A stretch of 64,000 nt of DNA from an uncultured Acidobacteriota bacterium (GCA_963724555.1 CAVRVE010000006.1:110517-174516), one strand, 5' to 3'; shown: positions 30,170-41,465, numbered from the stretch's first letter. Notes: a model not told the origin generated them from the letters alone. Numbers and translations are program-made.

Positions 30170-30685
30170 TCACAAGGACGGCTTGTCGCGGAACGCGCAG
30201 AGCCGGAGCGCGAGCGCGTAGCGTCCCTTGTCCTGCCGCTCGAGCTCCACGCGCTCGAGCCGCAGCAGGCGCGTGGTCCGGCTCAGGCGGTCGAGCAGCG
30301 CGACCAGCTCCGGCTGGCTGCCCTCCGCGCGGAGCCGGATCGGCAGCGTGTCGCTCTCGGCGCCCGCCGCGACCTCCTCGACCGAGACGCGCGCGAGCCC
30401 TTCGCCCGTGGCGAGCCCGCGCAGCTCGTCGACGAGCGGCGCGCTCTCGCGGCCCTGCGGCCGGACCTGCTCCAGCTCCGTGAGCCGCTCCTGCAGCTCC
30501 TGCTGCTCGCGCTTGAACTCGGGCAGGCGGCCGGCGACCTGCTCGAGCGCCTGCGCCTCCTTCTGGCGCGCCTCGAGGCGTTGCTCGGCGGCCTTGCGCG
30601 CGTGGACGCGCTCCGGATAGAGGACGACGAGGTAGCCGGCGAGCGGAAGCGCCGCACCGAACAGGAACAGCAGCAGGCCGCGCAC
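30170..30685 (-). CDS. PilO/GspM-like inner-membrane assembly protein
   Basis: 171 aa with an N-terminal TM helix (LLLFLFGAALPLAGYLVVL). Coiled coil (EQRLEARQKEAQALEQ…ELQERLTELEQ). C-terminal beta-rich domain resembling PilO/GspM. Confidence 0.5.
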   Translation of the reverse strand: MRGLLLFLFGAALPLAGYLVVLYPERVHARKAAEQRLEARQKEAQALEQVAGRLPEFKREQQELQERLTELEQVRPQGRESAPLVDELRGLATGEGLARVSVEEVAAGAESDTLPIRLRAEGSQPELVALLDRLSRTTRLLRLERVELERQDKGRYALALRLCAFRDKPSL

Positions 30686-30688
30686 GGC

Positions 30689-31213
30689 TCAGCGCCCCGG
30701 CACGCGCGGCGGCGCGGGCCCGGCTTGCGGGCAGGCCGGCGGCTCGACCGTCGCGAGCAGGCCGAAGCGCAGCTGGCGGCCGGCGCCGCGCGCGCTTCCG
30801 GCGCGCACCGTGCGCGTCCACGCCGCGCCGCGCAGGCCCGTCGCGAGCGCCTCCACGTCGGCCTCCGACTCCGCGCGGCCGACGAGTGCGAGCGTCGTTC
30901 CGTCGAGCACGACCGCCTCGACCGGCGCGTCGCGCCGCTCGAGATCGAGCGCGGCCAGCACCACCCCGGGGCAGCGCTGGCGCGCGCGCTCTTCGTCGAT
31001 GAAGCGCTGCTGCGCCTCGAAGCGGGCGCGGTCCTTCTCGTAGGCGTCGACCGGGAGCCTGACCGGGCCGAGGTCGCGCAGCTTGTGATCGGCGACCGTG
31101 AGCAGGCCGTTGACGCGGTCGAGCTCGTTCAGGTGCAGCTGCTCGAGCGCCAGGGCCACGAGCGTGCCGGTCAGGATCCCGGCGAAGACGATCGGCCAGC
31201 GGAGCCTCCTCAT
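30689..31213 (-). CDS. PilN-like (fimbrial assembly family) membrane protein
   Basis: 174 aa. ATG is in frame with track ORF 30689..32560. N-terminal TM helix IVFAGILTGTLVALAL, then a short coiled coil and a periplasmic domain. The stop is 4 nt from the next start. Confidence 0.5.
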   Translation of the reverse strand: MRRLRWPIVFAGILTGTLVALALEQLHLNELDRVNGLLTVADHKLRDLGPVRLPVDAYEKDRARFEAQQRFIDEERARQRCPGVVLAALDLERRDAPVEAVVLDGTTLALVGRAESEADVEALATGLRGAAWTRTVRAGSARGAGRQLRFGLLATVEPPACPQAGPAPPRVPGR

Positions 31214-32686
31214 CGGCCGAGCATCCGGAAAGAGACGGTCGCCTCGTGGCTGGCGAAGGCCTCCGGCTCGAGACGGATCTCGGCCTGGCCGTCGACGAGC
31301 TGCGCGACGAAGCGGCGCCCCGGGCAAGCCTGCGAGTCCGCCCCGGGCAGGTCGTTCGGCCACGCGAGCCGCCGGGACTGCGCGCGCAGCGTGCGCGCGT
31401 GCTCGACGAGCCGCGTGAGCTCGAGCTCGGCGCGAAGGATCGCGGCCGTGCGCCCGAGGCGCGGAACGAACGGCTCGCCGGTCTCCGCGAGCGCGCTCCA
31501 GGGGGCGGCCTGCGCCGATGCCGCGAGCGGCAGCGGCCCGCAGGAGTCGCCGCTCGCCACCGCGGAGGCCGTCCGCACCAGCACCGTTGCGTAGTCGGCA
31601 ACCGCCAGCCGCATGTAGGGGCGCTCGAGCGGTCCCTGGACGAACCGGAAGAACGGCGTCTGCGTCTGCTGCTTCTCCGAGGCGATCGCGTCGGAGAGAC
31701 GCTCGACCGGAACACCGAGGCCACAGAGCGACAGGATCCTCTCGCTGAGCCAGGAACGATGGCTCTCCCCCAGGGGCGGCCCGACGTCCATCTCGAGGAT
31801 GAGCCCGCGCAGCGTGGTGTCCGGTCTGCGCACGTGCGCGAGCAGCTCGAGCGTCTCGCCCGCGAGCGCGCCCGCGGGCCGCGTCTGCGCCTCGATCTCG
31901 GCGAGCTTCTGCGCCCAGCCGGCCGGAATCGGGTCGAGCAGTCGCAGCGCGCCCAGCAGCCGGCGGTCGAGCGTGACGGCGACCAGGCGCGAGAGCGTCT
32001 CGCTGCGCTCGCGGAGCGAGGCGGCGAGCGCCGCCGCCGCTTCGAGCGCGCTCGAGGCGCCCGAGAGGTCGCCGGCCCGCATCCGCTCGAGCGCGCCGGC
32101 CGTCAGCACGGCGTGGAGCCGCGTGAGCTCGGGTGGCGAGTAGGGCAAGGCGTCGTCCGTGCCGCGGGAACCCCACTCGACGCGGCCTGCCGCGAGCAGG
32201 TGCTTCTCGACGGCTCTCGCGGGCACGTCTTGCAAGCACCAGCCACGCACGCAGCTCCGCGGGAGCTCGCCCGAGCCGGTCGTCGGGCTGCTTGAAGGCG
32301 CCGTCCAGGTAGGCGAAGAGCCCGGCGAGCCCGACCTCGCCGAGCGGATCAGGCCCGGGGACCTTCGTGCCGTCGGGCGGGCCGATGCGGATCCCGAGCA
32401 GCGCGGCGAGCTTGACGAGCTCGAGGCCCGCGCGATTGGGCGCCGCGTCCCTCGTCTTCGCCGCGGCGACAGCCGCGGGGTCGACGGCCCTCCAGGCGTC
32501 GTGGGCGCTGCGCTCCCAGATCTCGGCGAGCAGGTTGCCGCCGAAGACCCAGGCGGCCACGACGCGCGACCTGGAGCAGGACGATGCGCGGGCGGGTGAT
32601 CGCGCCGCCGGGCCAGAGACGACGCAGGCCGCGCAGGACCAAGCCGAACAATCCCAGCACGACGAGCGCCAGCCCGAGCGTGAGCA
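31210..32686 (-). CDS. TM-anchored hypothetical protein, first gene of the PilN/PilO-like operon; gene model needs two putative frameshifts (~32570 and ~32255)
   Basis: The C-terminal 346 aa are track ORF 31210..32250. The upstream 100 aa with good GC3 lie in the frame of ORF 30689..32560. A further N-terminal TM helix MLTLGLALVVLGLFGLVLRGL lies in the frame of ORF 32349..34010 (start ~32686). No recognisable domain. Confidence 0.4.
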
Positions 32687-32783
32687 TCCGCGAATGGCCT
32701 TTCCGGGGGTTCCCCCTGATTCTAATGCGATTTGACATCGCGGACGCGTCGGGGAAAGGTCTTGGAGAGACCCTCAGAGCACC

Positions 32784-34331
32784 ATGCGACACTTGGCCCG
32801 ACTCTCCGGCTTGCTCGTCCTGATCGTGGCCTCGGCTTCGGCCTGCGGACGCCGCGAGCCGTCCGCCGATCAGGCCGCGGCGACGGCCGCCGCTTCGCCC
32901 CAGCCAGCCGCGACCACGCAGGCGGCGGACGACAGCCTGGAGCCGGCTCCCGACGCCACGCCGCTGCCGGAGGGACTCGCTCCCCTGATCGAGCCGTTCA
33001 AGGGCGACCTGGACGGGATGCTCAAGCGGCGCCTGATTCGCGTGCTGACGGTCCAGAACCCGGTCCTCTATTTCGTGGATCGCGGGCGCGAGGTCGGGAT
33101 CACCTACGATGCCGTGAAGCAGTTCGAGCAGGACCTCAACAAGAAGCTCGGCAACAAGGTCGTCGCGCTCCACGTCGTCGTGATCCCGGTCCCGCGCGAC
33201 GAGCTGCTGCCGCGGCTCGTGGCCGGCCAGGGCGACATCGCCGCGGCCGCCCTCACCGTCACGCCCGAGCGCCTGAAGCGGGTGGACTTCTCGAAGCCGT
33301 TCGCGGAGGACGTTCGCGAGGTGCTGGTCACCGGCCCGGCCGCTCCCGAGATCGGCAGCATCGACGAGCTCTCGGGCAAGCAGCTCTACGTGCGCCCCTC
33401 GAGCAGCTATGCGGAGCACCTCAAGACGCTGAACGCCCGCTTCGCCAAGGAAGGCAAGGCCCCGGTCCAGATCGACGCCGCCGACGAGGTGCTCGAGGAT
33501 GGCGACATCCTCGAGATGGTGAACGCCGGGCTCGTCCCCGCGACGGTCGTGGACAGCTTCATGGCCGACCTCTATCTGGAGGTGTTTCCGAACCTGAAGA
33601 AGCACGAAGGCATCGCGAGCCCGCCCGGCTCGATCGCCTGGGCCTTCCGCAAGAACAGCCCGAAGCTCGCGGAGGCGGTGAACGCCTTCGTGCGGACCCA
33701 CAAGGAGGGCTCGCTCGCGGGCAACTGGCTGGTGACGAAGTACCTCAAGACCACGAAGTGGGTGAAGAACGCGAGGAGCGACGAGGACCGCAAGCGCTTC
33801 GTCTCGATGGTCGACATCTTCAAGAAATACGGCCAGCGCTACGAGCTCGACGCGCTGCTGATGATCGCCCAGGGGTACCAGGAGTCGGGGCTCGACCAGC
33901 AGAAGCGCAGCCGCGTGGGCGCGATCGGAGTGATGCAGGTCATGCCGACCACGGCACGCGACAAGGCCGTGAACATCCCCGACATCGACAAGCTCGAGAG
34001 CAACATCCACGCCGGGATCAAGTACAACCGCTGGGTGATCGACAACTTCTACCAGGACACCGCGATCACCCCCGTCAACCGCCAGCTGTTCGCCTTCGCG
34101 TCCTACAACGCGGGGCCGGGCAAGGTCGCGAGCCTGCGCCGGGAGGCGAAGGCTTCCGGGCTCGACCCCGACCGCTGGTTCAACAACGTCGAGCTGATCG
34201 CGGCCAAGCGCATCGGACGCGAGACCGTCACCTACGTCAGCAACATCTACAAGTACTACCTGGCGTACCAGCTCATGACGCGGATCGGGCAGGAGCGCGG
34301 GCGGCGAAGGACGCCGTCGGCCAAGCGCTGA
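32784..34331 (+). CDS. mltF: membrane-bound lytic murein transglycosylase F (solute-binding-protein-like domain + SLT domain)
   Basis: Lipoprotein signal LVLIVASASAC. N-terminal SBP_bac_3-like domain. C-terminal SLT motif ESGLDQQKRSRVGAIGVMQVMP…YNAG. Confidence 0.85.
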   Translation: MRHLARLSGLLVLIVASASACGRREPSADQAAATAAASPQPAATTQAADDSLEPAPDATPLPEGLAPLIEPFKGDLDGMLKRRLIRVLTVQNPVLYFVDRGREVGITYDAVKQFEQDLNKKLGNKVVALHVVVIPVPRDELLPRLVAGQGDIAAAALTVTPERLKRVDFSKPFAEDVREVLVTGPAAPEIGSIDELSGKQLYVRPSSSYAEHLKTLNARFAKEGKAPVQIDAADEVLEDGDILEMVNAGLVPATVVDSFMADLYLEVFPNLKKHEGIASPPGSIAWAFRKNSPKLAEAVNAFVRTHKEGSLAGNWLVTKYLKTTKWVKNARSDEDRKRFVSMVDIFKKYGQRYELDALLMIAQGYQESGLDQQKRSRVGAIGVMQVMPTTARDKAVNIPDIDKLESNIHAGIKYNRWVIDNFYQDTAITPVNRQLFAFASYNAGPGKVASLRREAKASGLDPDRWFNNVELIAAKRIGRETVTYVSNIYKYYLAYQLMTRIGQERGRRRTPSAKR

Positions 34332-34345
34332 GCGCGCGTCCGGCG

Positions 34346-35698
34346 TCAGGACGGGTTGAGGGGCCCGAGCGAGCCGGGCGCAGGCGCTGCGGCGGGCGCC
34401 GTGCGCTCCGCCGCTCGCGCGAGAGCGCGCGCGAAGCGCTCCGACGATTCGACGTCCGAGACCTCCTCCGCCTCGAGCGCGCCGTCGACGAGCGCCGCCG
34501 ATACCTCGGGCAGCTCGGCGTCGCCGCTCTGCTGCACGAAGCGGTCGAGCCGCGCCGCCTCCGGGGCCGTGCGCGGCCGCCGGTCGAGCCAGCGATAGGT
34601 CGCGGCGAGCAGCTCCTTCGGCCGGCCGGAGCGCGCGGCCTCCGCGACCCGCGCGAGATACGCGGCCGGCGCCTCCTCACGCGCGCGACGGCGGGCCGTG
34701 CGGCGCGCGCCGAGCGCGCGAAGCGGCGCGCGCAGCAGGCGCAGGATCACCCCCGCCGCGACGAGAGCGACGAGCACCGCGGGCCCGAAGCGCCGCAGCG
34801 CCTCCCGCAGCGGCCGCCACGAGTCGGGTGCGGCTTTCGGCTGCCCGGGATCCTCGGGCAGCGGGATCTCGGCCTGGGCCTCGGGCCCCGCCGCGACGGT
34901 GAACTCGAGCTCCGGCACCGTCGCGCGCCGCAGCGTCTGCGCCCTCGTGTCCCACCAGGCGATCTCGGTCGCGGGCAGCCGGTAGGAGCCCGGCTTCTGC
35001 AGGACGTAGGTCACCGACTCACGGCGCTCGGCCACGCGGGCCTCGCCGCGCTCGCCCCCGCTGCTGTCGGCGACCGTCGGCTGCGCCGGGTAGACCGCGA
35101 GACCGTCGACGGGCGCGAAGGCGAGCGGCGGCAGCATCATCGCGAACGCGTCGGCCGCCGTCATGGTGATCGTGCGCGTGAACGAGTCGCCCGCTCGCAG
35201 CCCCGCGAGCGGACGGTCGCTGTCGGCCTGGAGCTCCAACGAGCTCGTCGCCAGGAAGTGATCCACGCCGCGCGCCCCCGCGGGGATGGTCGCCTGGAAG
35301 CTGCCGCCTTTGGCGGGCGCCGGCACCCGCATCGGGCCGTCCTCTCCCGTGAAGCTCACCTTCACCGCGAAGTCCGGAACCACGAACTCGCCCTCGCGCT
35401 GCGGGTAGATCTTGTAGCTGCGGCGCTGTCCGGCGTAGTCCTGCTGGCCCACGCGCTGGCTCAGGTTCGTCCCCTCGTCGATGAAGACGACCACCGCGTC
35501 CTTGACCTCGAGCTGGGGGAAGCGCGGCGCGCCCGTGAAGAACGACGGCACGTACACGTCGACCGTCAGCGTGACCGGCTGGCCCACCGTGACGGAGCGC
35601 GGGTGCACGTTGGTCCAGGCGAAGGGCTTCGGCGCGGCCGACGCGAGCGCCGGCACGGCCAGGCACGCGAGCACCGCGCCGAGGCAAGGTCGCCTCAC
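34346..35698 (-). CDS. batD: BatD-like aerotolerance protein
   Basis: The GTG start overlaps the BatB stop (GTGA). Signal peptide and large periplasmic domain. C-terminal TM helix (GPAVLVALVAAGVILRLL) followed by a cytoplasmic tail. Last gene of the Bat operon. Confidence 0.7.
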   Translation of the reverse strand: MRRPCLGAVLACLAVPALASAAPKPFAWTNVHPRSVTVGQPVTLTVDVYVPSFFTGAPRFPQLEVKDAVVVFIDEGTNLSQRVGQQDYAGQRRSYKIYPQREGEFVVPDFAVKVSFTGEDGPMRVPAPAKGGSFQATIPAGARGVDHFLATSSLELQADSDRPLAGLRAGDSFTRTITMTAADAFAMMLPPLAFAPVDGLAVYPAQPTVADSSGGERGEARVAERRESVTYVLQKPGSYRLPATEIAWWDTRAQTLRRATVPELEFTVAAGPEAQAEIPLPEDPGQPKAAPDSWRPLREALRRFGPAVLVALVAAGVILRLLRAPLRALGARRTARRRAREEAPAAYLARVAEAARSGRPKELLAATYRWLDRRPRTAPEAARLDRFVQQSGDAELPEVSAALVDGALEAEEVSDVESSERFARALARAAERTAPAAAPAPGSLGPLNPS

Positions 35699-37344
35699 GG
35701 CGTGGCTCCGGGCTGTGCCGGTACAGCCGGCTTCGGCTTGCGCTCGGCGGCGCGGCGGGCCTGCGACGCCTGCGCGGCGAACTTCTGGCGCAGGAAGTCG
35801 GCGGGCGACGTCTGCACGCCGCGGAGCCAGATCCGGTCGATCTGCTCGTCGGTGAGCTGCTTCAGCTCGACCTCGCCCCGTTTGCCCTTCTTGCCCTTTT
35901 CGTCGAACTGGACCTCGTCCGGCTTCTGGTTGGGGTCCGCCGCGCCCTCCTCGTCGTCGTCCGGCTTCGACTTCGGAATCCGGCTCGCGACCCGCTCGCG
36001 GTTCGCCTTCGCGTCGGCAAAGCCCGGACGCGCGGCGAGCGCCTTGTCGTAGGCCAGGAGCGCCAGCTTCAGCTCGCCCTGGCGGGCGTAGGAGTTGCCG
36101 AGGTCGTACCAGGCCTCGGGCGAGTCCACGCGCGCGAAGGCATCCACGGCGCACGCGTAGTCGCCGGCGCGGTAGCAGGCCGTGCCCTTCCACATCGGAT
36201 CCCGGAACAGCTCGGCCGCGCGCTGGAACTCGCCGCGCTCGAAGTGGTATCGGCCCTGCTGGTCGCGCGTGGCCCAGAGGTCGGCGATCTGAAAGTCCGC
36301 AGCTTCCGAGGCAGCCGGCCACAGCCAGCAGCAGGCGAAGATGGCCGCCCAGCGCAGCGTGAAGCCGCGCCGGAACCAGAGCCCGGCCGCGAGCGCCAGG
36401 ATCGGCGCCGCGTACCATCCGAAGTCGCGGTAGCGCGCGCCTGCGTCTTCTCCTTTCGCCGACTCGACGTGGGTCTCGATGCCCTTCTGGATGCGCGCGA
36501 CGTCGCGGTCGTCGAGCGTCACGGTCGCGACGAGCGCGCCCGTCTCGCGGCCGAGCGCCAACAGGCCGTCGCGGTCCAGCTTCGCCACCACGCGGCGGCC
36601 GCCCTCGCTCGCGAACCCCTTGCCCTCGCGGATCGGCCCGCCCTCGCTGGTGCCGATGCCCAGCACCACCAGCTGGTTCCGGCTCGCGCGCCTCTGCGCC
36701 GCGAACGCGGCCACCTGCGCCTTCGAGATGCCGTCGGTCACGAACAGGATCGTCCCCGGCACGGTCTCCTTCGCGAGCAGCGATTCGGCGAGCGCGAGCG
36801 CGCCCGGCTCGTCCTTGCCGGGCACGGGCATCAGGCCCGTGGCGAGCGCCTCCAGGTAGGTCTCGAGGATCTTCCGGTCCTCCGTGAGCGGCAGCACCGT
36901 GTGCGCGGTGCCGGCGTACACGACGAGCCCGCTGCGCGCTCCTTCGCGCAGCGCGAGCAGGTCGCGCAGCTTCTGCTTGGCGCGCTCGAGCCGCGTCGGC
37001 TGGACGTCGATCGCGTCCATGCCGCGCGAGAGGTCGAGCGCGATCACCAGCGCGGCCTTGTCCCGCGCGAAAGGCGGAGCCTCGCGCTGCCAGGTCGGGC
37101 CCGCGAGCGCGAGCGTCGCGGCGGCGAGGAACACGGCCAGCAGGTGGACCGGCTGAACCGAGAAGCCGCGGCGGATGCCCACCAGCAGGTGTGGCAGCAG
37201 GTGAGGCGCCACGACGCCCCGGAACGGCCGGACCGGATCCTCGCGGCGCTGCAGCAGGAAGACGACCAGCGCCGCCGGCAGCGCGAGCCAGAGCCACTCC
37301 GGGCGCAGGAAGTGGAACTCGGCCGGCGAGAGGACGGGGCTCAC
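35695..37344 (-). CDS. batB: BatB-like VWA-domain protein fused to C-terminal TPR (BatB/BatC-like)
   Basis: Two N-terminal TM helices. VWA MIDAS motif ALDLSRGM. C-terminal TPR repeats (WYDLGNSYARQGELKLALLAYDKALAARP). The GTG start overlaps the BatA stop. Confidence 0.75.
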   Translation of the reverse strand: MSPVLSPAEFHFLRPEWLWLALPAALVVFLLQRREDPVRPFRGVVAPHLLPHLLVGIRRGFSVQPVHLLAVFLAAATLALAGPTWQREAPPFARDKAALVIALDLSRGMDAIDVQPTRLERAKQKLRDLLALREGARSGLVVYAGTAHTVLPLTEDRKILETYLEALATGLMPVPGKDEPGALALAESLLAKETVPGTILFVTDGISKAQVAAFAAQRRASRNQLVVLGIGTSEGGPIREGKGFASEGGRRVVAKLDRDGLLALGRETGALVATVTLDDRDVARIQKGIETHVESAKGEDAGARYRDFGWYAAPILALAAGLWFRRGFTLRWAAIFACCWLWPAASEAADFQIADLWATRDQQGRYHFERGEFQRAAELFRDPMWKGTACYRAGDYACAVDAFARVDSPEAWYDLGNSYARQGELKLALLAYDKALAARPGFADAKANRERVASRIPKSKPDDDEEGAADPNQKPDEVQFDEKGKKGKRGEVELKQLTDEQIDRIWLRGVQTSPADFLRQKFAAQASQARRAAERKPKPAVPAQPGATP

Positions 37345-38385
37345 GCGCGCGCCTCCGACACGGCGCGCGCTCCGGTCATCAGCAGATAGAACGCGAGCAG
37401 CAGCGTGATCGCCGCGCCCAGCGGCCAGTAGAAGAGCGGCCGCCGCGGCCGGTAGCTCGCCGTCTTCAGGTCCACCTTCTCGATCTCGTCGAGCTTGCGG
37501 TAGATGCCCTCGAGCTCCTTCTGGTCGAGCGCCATGAAGGTCGCGCCGCCCGTCGCCTCGGCGATCGCCGCGAGCGTTCCCGAGTCCACGAGGTCGGCGC
37601 CCCGCGTCCTCGGATCCCCGATGCCGACGGTGTGGACGGTGATGCCGTGCGACTTCGCGATCTCGGCCGCCTTGCGCGGCGGCACCTTGCTGCCGGTGTC
37701 GTTGCCGTCGGTCAGCAGCACCACGACCTTCTGCTTCGCGCGGCTCTCGTCGAAGAGCTTGATCGCGAGGCCGAGGGCGTCCCCGATCATCGTGCGCGGG
37801 CCCGCCATCCCCACGCGTACCTCGCCCAGCAGCCGGCGGTCGAGCTCGTGGTCGAGCGTGAAGGGCGCCTGCAGGTGCGCGCCGTCGCCGAAGACGACGA
37901 GGCCGATGCGGTCGCCCGCGCGGCGCGCGACGAAGTCCGCGAGCACGAGCTTCACCGCGTCGAGCCGCTGGATCTGCTTGCCGTGCGGGTCGACGAAGTC
38001 CGGCGTCTGCATCGACTCCGAGATGTCGACCGCCAGCAGCAGGTCGCGCGCCGACTCGGTCTTCGAAAGCGGCGGCAGCACGAGCTCGGGCCGGGCGGCC
38101 GCACCGACCAGCAGGACGAAGACGACGGGAGCCACCAGCCACTGCAGGAGCGCCTTCGACAGCACGACCGCTCCGGGCTCGGGCTTGCGGCCGAGGCCCG
38201 CGGCGACCTGCTCGAAGAACGGCACGCGCAGCGCGGGCTGGCGCTGCTTGTAGGGCGGCAGCAGCAGGAACGCGAGCACGGGGACGGCGAGCAGGAGCGA
38301 GCGCCCACGGCGCGGCGAGCTCCAGCGTCGACGAGCCCACCGGCCACGACAGCGCGCTTCCGGCTTGCTCGAGAAGCCGGCTCAT
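37341..38385 (-). CDS. batA: BatA-like VWA-domain aerotolerance protein; N-terminus displaced by an apparent one-base frameshift near 38290
   Basis: Track ORF 37341..38279 carries the VWA MIDAS motif LLLAVDISESM. The expected N-terminal helix …LELAAPWAL continues in another frame from an ATG at ~38385 that overlaps the DUF4381 stop (ATGA). Confidence 0.7.
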
Positions 38386-38978
38386 GCGGCCTTCGTTCCG
38401 CGCGGCGCGGGCGCGGGCGCGGGGGGCGCTTGGGTCGGGCTCGCGGCGGCGTGGTGGCGCCCGATGAAGTCGCGGCTCAGGCGCACGAGGGCGTCGATGT
38501 CGGCGCGTGGGATGCTCGACAGCGCGGCCGCCGACCCGTACGTGAGCTTCGGGAGGATCCGGCCCGGACCCTTGGTCCATTCGTGGCCGCGGTAGAGGCG
38601 GTCGAGCTCGGCGAGCCACGCGGGTCCCGTGAGCGCGGCGACCGCCGGGCGCGGCTCGACGTGGAGCGCGACGCGCTTGAGGAGCGGCGGCAGCCGGGCG
38701 GCGAGCTCGTGGCGGCCGCCCGGGTGCTGGAGCGCCTCGACGATGCCCTCGAGCTCCGCGAGCGCCTCGCGGCGGTAGCGGCTCGCGGCCCGCGCGCGCT
38801 GATGCCGACGGTAGCCCCAGAGCGCGGCAGCCAGCAGGACCAGGCCGACCAGGTACCAGCCCGGCGCGGGCGGCAGCACCGACACCGGGGCGGGTATCGC
38901 GATGTCGCGCAATCCCTCGACCGCCGCGAGCGGCGCGGCGCTCGGGGCGGGAGCGGGCACGGGTGTCTCGGGCTGCAC
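38382..38978 (-). CDS. DUF4381-like small membrane protein of Bat operons
   Basis: 198 aa, Pro/Ala-rich N-terminus, one TM helix (WYLVGLVLLAAALWGY). Canonical position between the DUF58 and BatA genes. Confidence 0.55.
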   Translation of the reverse strand: MQPETPVPAPAPSAAPLAAVEGLRDIAIPAPVSVLPPAPGWYLVGLVLLAAALWGYRRHQRARAASRYRREALAELEGIVEALQHPGGRHELAARLPPLLKRVALHVEPRPAVAALTGPAWLAELDRLYRGHEWTKGPGRILPKLTYGSAAALSSIPRADIDALVRLSRDFIGRHHAAASPTQAPPAPAPAPRGTKAA

Positions 38979-38983
38979 GGCCG

Positions 38984-39952
38984 TCAGACCCGCCGCGGAA
39001 GACCGGCGCCGAGCAGGCGGGCGATCTGCGCGACCGCGTCCTCGGCCGTCGAGAGCGGCAGCACGGGAATTCCGAGCTCCCGCGTCCAGCCCAGGACGGG
39101 CTTGATGCGCGCGCTCGCCACGGACAGCAGCGCCTCGCGCTCCCCCGGCCGGCCCAGGTCGAGCTGGAGCTGCAGCTCGCCGCCGCTCACGACTGCGCGT
39201 CCGCGCTCCGGCAGGTCCTTCGACGAGGGGTCGAGCACCAGCATCACGATCACGTCGTTGTGCTGGGCGAGGGCGCTCGCGAGCCGCCGCGTGTCGGCGT
39301 CCGCGCCGTCGAAGTCGCTCGCGACGAGCACCGCATGGTCGTGGTCGACGAGCCGCAGCGCCCGCTCGAGCGCCTGGTTCAGCATCCCGGGAGCCGGAGC
39401 GACGTCGCTGTCGGCCCGCAGCGCGCGGTTCTTGCGGACGATCGCCTGCAGGATGCGCAGCACCTGGCCGCGGCTGCGGTGCGGCCGCAGCGCCTCGAGC
39501 CCGCGGTCGTCGAACACCACCGCGCCGACGCGGTCGCCCGAGCGGAAGACGCGCCAGGCGGCGAGCGCCGCGGCCTCGGCCGCCGTCACCGACTTCAGCG
39601 ACAGCCGCGTTCCGTAGAACATCGCGAGGCGCTGGTCCACCACCACGAGCGCCGGCCGGTCCTTCTCCTCGTTGTAGACGCGCGTGTGCGGCTGGCCGGT
39701 GCGGGCGGTGACGCGCCAGTCGATCGTGCGCACGTCGTCCCCCGGCAGATAGGCGCGCACCTCCTCGAAATCGAGGCCGCGCCCGCGCACGCGCGCGGCG
39801 TGCCGGCCGGACAGCAGGCTCCGGACCGGCTGTCGCGCTCGGAAGCTGACGCGCCGCGCGCGGTACTGCAGGCGCGTGAGCGCGTCGAGGCTCGTGTAGA
39901 CCCCTGGGACCTCGACGTCCGTCGCGGCCAGTGGGGGCGCGCCCGAGCTCAC
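38984..39952 (-). CDS. DUF58 family protein (MoxR-associated VWA-like)
   Basis: RGRGLDFEEVRAYLPGDDVRTIDWRVTARTG is the hallmark DUF58 motif. The GTG start overlaps the upstream lipoprotein stop. Confidence 0.75.
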   Translation of the reverse strand: MSSGAPPLAATDVEVPGVYTSLDALTRLQYRARRVSFRARQPVRSLLSGRHAARVRGRGLDFEEVRAYLPGDDVRTIDWRVTARTGQPHTRVYNEEKDRPALVVVDQRLAMFYGTRLSLKSVTAAEAAALAAWRVFRSGDRVGAVVFDDRGLEALRPHRSRGQVLRILQAIVRKNRALRADSDVAPAPGMLNQALERALRLVDHDHAVLVASDFDGADADTRRLASALAQHNDVIVMLVLDPSSKDLPERGRAVVSGGELQLQLDLGRPGEREALLSVASARIKPVLGWTRELGIPVLPLSTAEDAVAQIARLLGAGLPRRV

Positions 39953-40406
39953 CGCGGGGCTCCGGCGTCGCCCGGCTTCAGCCGGTAGAAGGAGATCTGG
40001 AAGTCCTGGTTGAGCCCCAGGTGGTGGTACGTGCCGAAGAGCGTGTCGTGGACGGCGTCGTAGTCGAGCTCGTAGTTGCTGCCGGGGTAGCCGCGGTCCT
40101 GCATCTCGACCATCAGCTGGAGCCGCGCGCCGTTCTTCAGCCATTGCGCCCTCGAGACGTGGATCGGCTGCGGGTTCAGGTAGCGGGCGGCGAGCTTGCC
40201 GTCGGGAGTCGCCTCGTCGATCGCGATCACGTAGTCGGAGTCGGTGCGCTTCCACTGCCCCACGAGGCGGGCCGGCTCGGCGGCCGCGGCCGGCGTGGCG
40301 CCGGGAGCGGCTCCCGGCGACGACGAGCGCGCGCCTGGGTCGCCCTCCGGCTTGCAGGCCGCGAGAGTCGCGAGCAGCAGCAGGCCGGCGGCCGCTTTCG
40401 GGCCCA

Positions 40407-40407
<1 letters not shown>
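39949..40407 (-). CDS. small lipoprotein of unknown function inserted between the MoxR and DUF58 genes
   Basis: Lipobox LLLLATLAAC. 152 aa. The ATG overlaps the MoxR stop (ATGA). Confidence 0.5.
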
Positions 40408-41387
<980 letters not shown>

Positions 41388-41465
41388 GGGCCTCCCCGTC
41401 AGGTGTAGCGCATCCGGTGGCCGGATGTCGAGGCGGCGGCGCGGCCGGAGACGGCCCCGACCGTG

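Noticed and set aside
32349-32686. A 112 aa ORF MLTLGLALVVLGLFGLVLRGL… considered as a separate small membrane protein gene.
   Set aside because: Only the first ~40 codons have coding-like GC3. The rest is Arg-rich off-frame sequence. It is better explained as the frameshifted N-terminus of the downstream 31210..32250 gene.
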